Below, piece after piece: positions 46,132 to 52,255 of a stretch of DNA of 52,255 bases (positions are counted from its first letter, which is position 1; the number at the start of each line of letters is the position of its first letter). The notes beneath the pieces are model-generated. The model saw nothing but the letters and a program-made list of their open reading frames with translations, was not told the DNA's origin and did no database searches. The stretch is taken from the IMG/VR virus record IMGVR_UViG_3300025154_000016, positions 1 to 52,255 of that record. One strand, 5' to 3'. The position numbers were made by a program, and so were the translations under genes. Origin of the DNA: a virus. Its lineage: Duplodnaviria > Caudoviricetes.

Positions 46132-46344
46132 TCAAAAGATAAAGGCATTTTTCTTTTCTCCTTTAGATTCTTCTATAAATTCTTTTACAACTAAATTTAA
46201 ATCATACAAATCTTGATCAGTCAAATTATGGTCTTTGCAAAACTGTAAAAACTTTTGAGCAAAAGCAAGCGTTCCATCAGTAGTTCCTTTTAAAATTGTT
46301 TGCCAACAACGAATCGAAAAACGGGTTTCAAGATCATCACTCAT
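46132..46344 (-). CDS. Hypothetical protein
   Basis: 70 aa with a GGAGG SD. Confidence 0.6.
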   Translation of the reverse strand: MSDDLETRFSIRCWQTILKGTTDGTLAFAQKFLQFCKDHNLTDQDLYDLNLVVKEFIEESKGEKKNAFIF

Positions 46345-46550
46345 GAAACTTCCTCCAATGATTTATAAAAGGTCTTCCCATCCTTGGAATAGCGATAACT
46401 CCCAATATTATCTTCTAAATCGAGACACCGACTACAAAAAAAGGTGAGAATTCCGGTAATATTGTCTTTTCCCATGACCGACATGGGAGTCTTCCGTGGA
46501 AACCCGTTATGATTCAGACAAAACGGACATTTCGATGTATTATCTTTCAT
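46341..46550 (-). CDS. Zinc-ribbon protein
   Basis: Contains CPFC...CSRC and has a GGAGG SD. Confidence 0.6.
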   Translation of the reverse strand: MKDNTSKCPFCLNHNGFPRKTPMSVMGKDNITGILTFFCSRCLDLEDNIGSYRYSKDGKTFYKSLEEVS

Positions 46551-46707
46551 TTAGATTTTTCCTCCCGTTCTTTTCGCCAGTTTTCATACCAACTCATATC
46601 TTCGCCAAACAATTTCAAAAGTTTCTCTAATTCCATTAATGAATGTAACATATCATCATGCATCGAATGCAAGATTGCAAGAATTGCTTCTTTGATTTGC
46701 GATTCAC

Positions 46708-46971
46708 TCATGCGTAATGATTCCCCTTTTTGATTAATTGCCGGACTGTGCCGTCTTGAAATTGGATTAAGGTCGGATCAATAGTATCTTGTACTACAAA
46801 AGGTTTGGGATGATATTTCACGGGAAGCGGATTGCGGTCTAATTGATAGACTAAATATTTATGCAACGCTTCTCGAATAAAATCCGAAAGGGATTTGGCA
46901 TATTCCGCCGCGATTAATTGACGAATCCGTGCAATTTGATCAAACGTTAAACTAAAACTGATATGATCTAT
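46708..46971 (-). CDS. Ribbon-helix-helix protein with an apparent ATA start (not in the ORF track)
   Basis: An 87-codon open frame, (I/M)DHISFSLTFDQIARIRQLIAAEYAKSLSDFIREALHKYL. GGAGG lies 7 nt before the ATA. Confidence 0.65.
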   Translation of the reverse strand: MDHISFSLTFDQIARIRQLIAAEYAKSLSDFIREALHKYLVYQLDRNPLPVKYHPKPFVVQDTIDPTLIQFQDGTVRQLIKKGNHYA

Positions 46972-47141
46972 AACGATCCCTCCAAGATCTTCTTTTCATG
47001 TTCCATTTCATCTAAATACCACGTAACGGCATTTCGGGCAAATTCCGCAATGGTTGGATATCGTTGCAATGTAATGATTTTATCAATTAATTGTTTTTCC
47101 AATGTGGCAATCTCTAAATTGACGGCTTTGAGTTTTTTCAT
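46968..47141 (-). CDS. Ribbon-helix-helix protein (57 aa, not in the ORF track)
   Basis: MKKLKAVNLEIATLEKQLIDKIITLQRYPTIAEFARNAVTWYL, with a GGAGG SD. Confidence 0.7.
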   Translation of the reverse strand: MKKLKAVNLEIATLEKQLIDKIITLQRYPTIAEFARNAVTWYLDEMEHEKKILEGSL

Positions 47142-47365
47142 AAACTATTCCTCCGAATTTGATGTTTTTCGATTTCTTTATCACATTCCGCTTGCATCCG
47201 TTCATACTCCTTACATTTGATAATTTGGCGGTTAATATCTTGCATCATAGATAAGAGAATATTCTGTAAACATTCTAAATCGACGGGTTTGGTTTGTTGG
47301 CGGATATAATGCTGTAACGTAAACATCGCGTGGGTATATTGGTCGTTAGTAATTTGTTCACTCAT
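47138..47365 (-). CDS. Hypothetical protein
   Basis: The probable start is MSEQ, after GAGG. Confidence 0.55.
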   Translation of the reverse strand: MSEQITNDQYTHAMFTLQHYIRQQTKPVDLECLQNILLSMMQDINRQIIKCKEYERMQAECDKEIEKHQIRRNSL

Positions 47366-47679
47366 GGTTGTTCCGCCTCGATATTTTGGTACCATTTCAG
47401 ATAATCTTCGATTTGTTTTTTGACTTGAAGTTTATGAGCTGTCGCTTCTTTTAACCAATCACGATGTTTGAGTATCCGTTCTTTATGAAAAGCATTATCT
47501 CGCCAGACATCATGATTATCAATACAATGCCCTTGGCCCGCTTGGAAATACATCGGATTAGGACATGGGGTTTTATATATATCATGTTCATAAAGTTGGT
47601 CGACTTTAACAATACATTCGCCCGTAAACCCGTCCAACCAATAACAATTTACACAACAATTCGGCACTAAATCACTCAT
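47362..47679 (-). CDS. Cys-rich hypothetical protein
   Basis: Contains CCVNC. The probable start is MSDL, after GGAGG. Confidence 0.6.
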   Translation of the reverse strand: MSDLVPNCCVNCYWLDGFTGECIVKVDQLYEHDIYKTPCPNPMYFQAGQGHCIDNHDVWRDNAFHKERILKHRDWLKEATAHKLQVKKQIEDYLKWYQNIEAEQP

Positions 47680-47822
47680 TCTAATTTCCTCCCACAAAAC
47701 GGACAATTGTTTATATAAACCACATCATTTAGAATAAATACCCATTTTCGTTGATAATTTATATAAATTGAGTTCCGATATTCTTTGGGCATCTTTTCAC
47801 AATCATGATAATTTTCATTCAT
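47676..47822 (-). CDS. Small phage protein with C-terminal CPFCGRKL
   Basis: The INNCPFCGRKL motif is common in phage microproteins. A GGAGGAG SD precedes MNEN. Confidence 0.6.
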   Translation of the reverse strand: MNENYHDCEKMPKEYRNSIYINYQRKWVFILNDVVYINNCPFCGRKLE

Positions 47823-48432
47823 CGCGAAACTCCTCCTCGGATCGATCAGGCGATGAACGGGCTTTATGTTTGATTTGCGGATCACCAACTTTAAAGATTA
47901 ACTGATCTTTCAATTCCTTTTCAATCTTCTTCTTATCGAGATCATATTCAATCCGTTGAATCTTATAGTTGAGTTGGTCTTCGGGAGATAATTGGGCTAA
48001 AGTCGCTAAATAGTCTTTAGTCATCCGACCTTTGGCAAAAGTCCATTTGGTTGAATCAATAAAGATACCTTGAGATTGTAACTCTTCTAATTCTTTGGCT
48101 AATTGATTCTTGGCTTCGATATAAGTTGTTTTATCATCTATAAAGGATTTAGAGACTCTGGCTTGTTCTTCAACCAATACTCTAATTTTTGGTTCAAACT
48201 CTTCTTGGATTAACCCTAATTGATAATCACAATCATCGATTAAATGCATAATATTATCAATATAGAGAAAGAGATCTTTCTTTTTTGATTTCATTTTGGG
48301 ATTGGTTTTAAATAAATCCCGTTCCTTCGCAAACTTTCGCAGATTCTCGGCTTGGGCTTTCTGGATCGCCGATTGGCGTTTGTCGTCTTTACTCATCGTC
48401 TTCATCCTCTTTATTTTCTTCAATTTCTTCAT
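47815..48432 (-). CDS. Coiled-coil protein, possibly Gam/Gp157-like
   Basis: A long helix followed by YDLDKKKIEKELK. The family call is weak. Confidence 0.5.
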   Translation of the reverse strand: MKKLKKIKRMKTMSKDDKRQSAIQKAQAENLRKFAKERDLFKTNPKMKSKKKDLFLYIDNIMHLIDDCDYQLGLIQEEFEPKIRVLVEEQARVSKSFIDDKTTYIEAKNQLAKELEELQSQGIFIDSTKWTFAKGRMTKDYLATLAQLSPEDQLNYKIQRIEYDLDKKKIEKELKDQLIFKVGDPQIKHKARSSPDRSEEEFRDE

Positions 48433-48826
48433 TATAATTCATGGGTGCTAAAGTAATTGAATATTCAAAATATTTATTTGTCGGAGTTATGATTAATGGA
48501 TAATCTTCTTGTACAGTTAAACTGATTTGGTCTTCGGAAATGGCTTCTAATATTTTAATTAATTCTAATCGATTAAAATAAGCATTTTGATCTTTGCCAT
48601 TAGTGCGAGTAGATTCATGTCCGACAATTAAACCTGTAATTGCGCCCTCATCTACACAAATTACATCACAACTCATTTCAGTTAATTGTAATATATCATT
48701 TTTCGGATTGGGATTAACTCGTAATGGAGGTAACGGACATAAAGATTGAATCTTTGGATGTGTCTCAATAAATTGAAGATATTGCCCTTGTAACCATCCT
48801 TGAAAAGAAAGTTTTAAAGATTCCAT
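48389..48826 (-). CDS. Protein with a sliding-clamp-like C-terminal half-domain
   Basis: YFNRLELIKILEAISEDQISLTVQEDYPLII...ITLAPM followed by an acidic tail. Confidence 0.55.
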   Translation of the reverse strand: MESLKLSFQGWLQGQYLQFIETHPKIQSLCPLPPLRVNPNPKNDILQLTEMSCDVICVDEGAITGLIVGHESTRTNGKDQNAYFNRLELIKILEAISEDQISLTVQEDYPLIITPTNKYFEYSITLAPMNYNEEIEENKEDEDDE

Positions 48827-48827
48827 T

Positions 48828-49103
48828 TTAAATCCCTTCTGTTTGGATACTTTTAATCGTTTGGAGATTCTTCGTTTTCAAGGTTTTGAGATATTTATCA
48901 ATCCCTTCATTGTATTCCGCGAGTTTGGTTTCTAACCATGCGAAACACGTTTTATAATCTTGAAAGTCTTTTTCTTCCTTATTGAAAGGAGTCGGCCATG
49001 TGTAGGCATTAAAACTAACATGCCATTTGCTGATTTCGGGTTTATATTCAAGATTCCAATTCCAGCGGGGAGGTTGTTGGTTTTCCATATGAGTCAAATC
49101 CAA
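48828..49103 (-). CDS. Hypothetical protein
   Basis: 91-aa ORF. Confidence 0.55.
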   Translation of the reverse strand: MDLTHMENQQPPRWNWNLEYKPEISKWHVSFNAYTWPTPFNKEEKDFQDYKTCFAWLETKLAEYNEGIDKYLKTLKTKNLQTIKSIQTEGI

Positions 49104-49135
49104 TTAGTTAAATTTAAAAAAGGGTAAAGAATCTA

Positions 49136-49516
49136 TTATTCTTTCAGTTGTTTGGTTGGAAGATACTTTGAAAGCGAACTTGCTAACTCTTTCTGTTTAT
49201 CTGCTTCCGCTTTATTCCGTTCAATTTCTCGGATCTCTTGTTGCTTCTTGATCTCTTCTTGAGCATTGCGATATAAGCCCATCAGATAATCTAAGACTAA
49301 TTGATCTCGGTCATCTTCAGTCATGGCAATATCCCCTCGAATATAGGAAGGGAATTGGAGATTATCTTCTTTGATTTCAAATTGTGGGATTCCATTAAGG
49401 AATAAGACAATCTGATCGGTTTTAAAACTGCGAGATTTACTCGACTTAAGGCCATTACGTTCTCCATAATTAATAGAGATTTCCATATCGGTACTACTGT
49501 CTTTGTCATTAGACAT
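49136..49516 (-). CDS. Hypothetical protein
   Basis: 126 aa with a coiled-coil C-terminus. Confidence 0.6.
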   Translation of the reverse strand: MSNDKDSSTDMEISINYGERNGLKSSKSRSFKTDQIVLFLNGIPQFEIKEDNLQFPSYIRGDIAMTEDDRDQLVLDYLMGLYRNAQEEIKKQQEIREIERNKAEADKQKELASSLSKYLPTKQLKE

Positions 49517-49518
49517 AT

Positions 49519-49779
49519 TTAATCGATTTCCTTCTTAAATTGTTTAAAAAAATCTTGTAAATCTGTTTCTGTTTTACCATAAAAAATCTTAAAGATCGAT
49601 TGATCTTCTAATTCGATTCCCATTCTAAAGATTTCATGGGGATGTTGTTCCATTTCTTTTCGAGAGACTTGAAACCGTTTTAAGGCTTCTGTAATTAAAA
49701 ACCAATCTTGTTCGGTATAAGGAATATGAGGAATGATATCCTTAATCGAATCAAACGGTTTAAAAGGTTCTATTTCCAT
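49519..49779 (-). CDS. Hypothetical protein
   Basis: 86 aa with an AGGAG SD. Confidence 0.6.
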   Translation of the reverse strand: MEIEPFKPFDSIKDIIPHIPYTEQDWFLITEALKRFQVSRKEMEQHPHEIFRMGIELEDQSIFKIFYGKTETDLQDFFKQFKKEID

Positions 49780-49780
49780 A

Positions 49781-50539
49781 TTAAATAATCTCCTTGGCTT
49801 GCGTGGTTAATAATTTTTGGTTGTGTTGAAAAAAGGTCGGACCAAAATCCGGCACATTACTATTCGTTCCTTTGAGTTTATTATTTCGAGTATAAGTGAG
49901 TTGAGTTTCGAGTATCCATTTAAGAATACAAAGCGGGGTTTTAAACAATTCTAAAAGAATGAGCGATTGTTTTTTCCCGATCCCAATTAATCCACTTAAG
50001 AAATATCGTTGTTGGTCGATTAAAGCGGTTTCCTTTTTTGCTTTATTCGTAGGATCGTGGTGGTCTTTCTTTTCAATGCTTGTTAAGAAGAAATCCATAA
50101 TAATTTGCCATGTTTCTTCATGAGACGTGCTATATTCGATATGTTGATCATAATCTAAGATTAATTCTGTTTTAATCTTAACCCACATCTTTTCGGTAAA
50201 ATGTTGATTAAAAAACTTTGATCCTGGTTCGATTTGGATAATAATAATGGACCGTTTAAAATTCGCATAGCGGGATGCGGATTGCTCCCACAATCGTCCA
50301 TCATAAAGCGACGCTAACAAATCCGACGCATTCATGTGCATTTGGGGATTCCATGATTTCGAGATTCTCTTGATTTCAAAGACAATCTCTTCTGAGACTT
50401 GCACGTCCCCAATATTCAAATTATCAAAGACGGGTTTCCAAATACAATTTTCATTATATTGAGTTATGATATAATCTTTAAACCCGCTGGCTGCCTCACG
50501 ATTATCAACGGGAATCGGATGTTGATCCATATTAAACAA
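49781..50539 (-). CDS. ERCC4/XPF-family structure-specific nuclease with HhH
   Basis: Contains VDNRE, LNIGD, FEIKR, DLLASLYDGRLWEQ and the HhH motif LSGLIGIGKK. Confidence 0.9.
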   Translation of the reverse strand: MFNMDQHPIPVDNREAASGFKDYIITQYNENCIWKPVFDNLNIGDVQVSEEIVFEIKRISKSWNPQMHMNASDLLASLYDGRLWEQSASRYANFKRSIIIIQIEPGSKFFNQHFTEKMWVKIKTELILDYDQHIEYSTSHEETWQIIMDFFLTSIEKKDHHDPTNKAKKETALIDQQRYFLSGLIGIGKKQSLILLELFKTPLCILKWILETQLTYTRNNKLKGTNSNVPDFGPTFFQHNQKLLTTQAKEII

Positions 50540-50567
50540 TTAAGAAGAAAAAAAGATTAAGGTTGAC

Positions 50568-50582
50568 CTTATATTTTATAAG
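50568..50582. promoter_or_regulatory. Palindromic operator-like site CTTATA-TTT-TATAAG
   Basis: An exact copy of the motif, upstream of the ERCC4 nuclease gene. Confidence 0.7.
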
Positions 50583-50583
50583 A

Positions 50584-50832
50584 TCATTCTTTCGTCCATT
50601 TAGACGTTATATCTTTATAATCTGACGTGGAACTCGCAAAATTCGTGTAGGTAATTGTCGGATAATAGGGATAATATGGAATTGAAAGTGGATAATAAGT
50701 CTTTTCTGTTTCAATAATCTCCCATTTATTTTCGACATTCTTTTCGACAAACACACTATATTTGAAGTATTCGAGTTTTAATCGATTTAATTCCATTTCG
50801 GTAGTCGTAGCAGGGGCTAATAATAAAATCAT
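50584..50832 (-). CDS. Hypothetical protein
   Basis: An AGGAGGTGA SD precedes MILLL. Confidence 0.55.
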   Translation of the reverse strand: MILLLAPATTTEMELNRLKLEYFKYSVFVEKNVENKWEIIETEKTYYPLSIPYYPYYPTITYTNFASSTSDYKDITSKWTKE

Positions 50833-51060
50833 AAATTGGTCACCTCCTTGTCTGCTTCCGTAATCTCCGTCACAGACGGAATAATATAATGGACTTTGTA
50901 ATCTTGCCAAATTTTTAAACATTTACTTATTTGTTCTACAATTTTATAATCTATATCACCAAACTCTAAATCAGACCAAAGATCATCGAGTTTGTTAAGT
51001 AATTTGGCTTTCAAGAGAATTTCATGCCCACATGTTGGACACTTTTCAAGATAGTTGTCT

Positions 51061-51297
51061 TTATTCAATTTTAAGATCCTCCTTCTGTTTGGGTATCTCG
51101 ATTTGGTCGCCCCCATAACTCCACTCCTTATGATAAGGAATCTCAAAAAAGCGACAGATTACTTGAATTTCATGAGATACAATTGTTTGAGGTAATGGTT
51201 GACAAATATTCGATCCTTCTTTCAACAACAGAATCGTATAATGATCGCTCGATTCTTTAAGTTGTAAACTTTTAATCAGTTGAAATTCTTTGCTCAT
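51061..51297 (-). CDS. Hypothetical protein
   Basis: The probable start is MSKEF, after AGGAG. Confidence 0.5.
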   Translation of the reverse strand: MSKEFQLIKSLQLKESSDHYTILLLKEGSNICQPLPQTIVSHEIQVICRFFEIPYHKEWSYGGDQIEIPKQKEDLKIE

Positions 51298-51613
51298 ATT
51301 CTTTTCTCTCCTTTTGTAAGTTTTCATACGAAAAAAGATAGACATCTTTTTCAAATTGTTCATTTTCACGATCTTCTTGTAATGTATAACAAATATAACT
51401 ATATTGTTTATAATAATCTTGTCCAAATTCCGTTTTCACTGTTCCATCAAAACGATTAATCCATACAATAAGTTCTTGAGCATATAATATTTCTTTATGG
51501 ATTTCACAAATAACCCCATCATTAAAATCATCTTTATTACAATCCTTTTTTGCTCGAGGATCAGCATCAGACACAATATATTGAATATGTACTTGAATTG
51601 GTTGAGGATTCAT
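51272..51613 (-). CDS. Hypothetical protein
   Basis: 113 aa with an AGGAG SD. Confidence 0.6.
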   Translation of the reverse strand: MNPQPIQVHIQYIVSDADPRAKKDCNKDDFNDGVICEIHKEILYAQELIVWINRFDGTVKTEFGQDYYKQYSYICYTLQEDRENEQFEKDVYLFSYENLQKERKEYEQRISTD

Positions 51614-51813
51614 TTTACTTTCTCCTTTATTCGTAAATCATTGATCTTATATTTAGTTAAAAAATTGACAAATTGGATTCGAAATTCTTCAATAGTTGTA
51701 ATGGGATTATCTAAATGATATGATTTGACTTTCATGCGTTCCATGACGCTCATTACATCCATATAATTTAAGATGAGTTTAATGAAATCAATTATAAAAG
51801 AAAATAGTTTCAT
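51610..51813 (-). CDS. Hypothetical protein
   Basis: 67 aa, coupled by ATGA overlaps. Confidence 0.5.
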   Translation of the reverse strand: MKLFSFIIDFIKLILNYMDVMSVMERMKVKSYHLDNPITTIEEFRIQFVNFLTKYKINDLRIKEKVK

Positions 51814-52004
51814 TTATCTTCATGCTCCTTTAACATGATTAAGAGTTTGACCCAATTTATTAATCGTGTAATCGCAAGATCGGGTTCTTTGGTGGGTAAA
51901 GCATTTTCTAATATTTTCACTAATAACTCAAGGTGGGTATTCGGTAAAGTCATAGTTTTAGCATACACAAACCAAATTCGATTAAAGTCTTCTTGGGTAA
52001 TCAT
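51810..52004 (-). CDS. Hypothetical protein
   Basis: 64 aa with an AGGAG SD. Confidence 0.55.
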   Translation of the reverse strand: MITQEDFNRIWFVYAKTMTLPNTHLELLVKILENALPTKEPDLAITRLINWVKLLIMLKEHEDK

Positions 52005-52128
52005 TTATGATTCTCCTTACGATGTTTTTTACATTCCATATCTTTACAACGGAAGCAATGCCACCATCGAGTAATTCGATTCGATATCAACCAACGTAAA
52101 TGATGATTGGCTAACCAAAGATAAATAA

Positions 52129-52255
52129 AATCATTCATTTAGGGTTGCTCCTTTTCATATCTAATTGTTCTAATGCCTTCCATTTTTCGACTCGTTTTAA
52201 GACCCAATCAAAAAATGCGGGTGTTGAATGATGTTCATCTTCTAAATCTGAAATC
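52129..52255. repeat. Terminal direct repeat, right copy
   Basis: Identical to 1-127. Confidence 0.97.

Noticed and set aside
52129-52255. 127-bp terminal repeat as a biological direct terminal repeat
   Set aside because: It cuts through a gene, and its length equals a common assembler k-mer. It is best read as a circularisation overlap.
1-52255. Genome-wide stop-codon reassignment
   Set aside because: Long genes are intact in the standard code, and TAG, TGA and TAA all end genes at sensible boundaries.
1-52255. tRNA genes, integrase/att site and restriction-site avoidance
   Set aside because: I recognised no cloverleaf or integrase motifs. CCWGG, GATC and GGCC all occur, and other k-mer depletion needs a computed count.

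Overview
The window is an apparently complete, circularly assembled genome of a tailed dsDNA virus (Caudoviricetes, siphovirus-like) of about 52.1 kb. Bases 1-127 repeat exactly at 52129-52255. The host is very probably archaeal: the genome encodes PCNA, an XPF/ERCC4 nuclease and an Lrp regulator, and uses GGTGA/GGAGG Shine-Dalgarno sites and oligo-T terminators. An Asgard (Lokiarchaeia-like) host is a plausible inference, not a demonstrated one. The + strand arm (about 15-37.2 kb) carries small genes, an HNH nuclease, an HTH-terminase, a portal-KTSC-protease fusion, scaffold, decoration and capsid proteins, a 7-repeat fibre-like protein, and neck and tail genes. The - strand arm (37.4 kb through the junction to 14.5 kb) carries replication, recombination and repair genes (SF3 helicase, PCNA, RecT-like protein, RNA ligase, ERCC4 nuclease) and many small ORFs. 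It is interrupted by a DNA-modification cluster: a Mom-like enzyme, two methyltransferases and a TGT/DpdA-like protein. I recognised no DNA polymerase, integrase, tRNA, CRISPR array or reverse transcriptase. The most notable signals are: (1) the head polyprotein with a recurring [RK]-x-N candidate cleavage motif; (2) an N-terminal peptide shared by the helicase and an unrelated replication-region protein; (3) a genome-wide CTTATA-WWW-TATAAG palindrome; (4) nested inverted repeats before HNH-terminase; (5) apparent ATA start codons; and (6) the multi-chemistry DNA-modification cluster. All family calls come from motif recognition by eye, with no database search.
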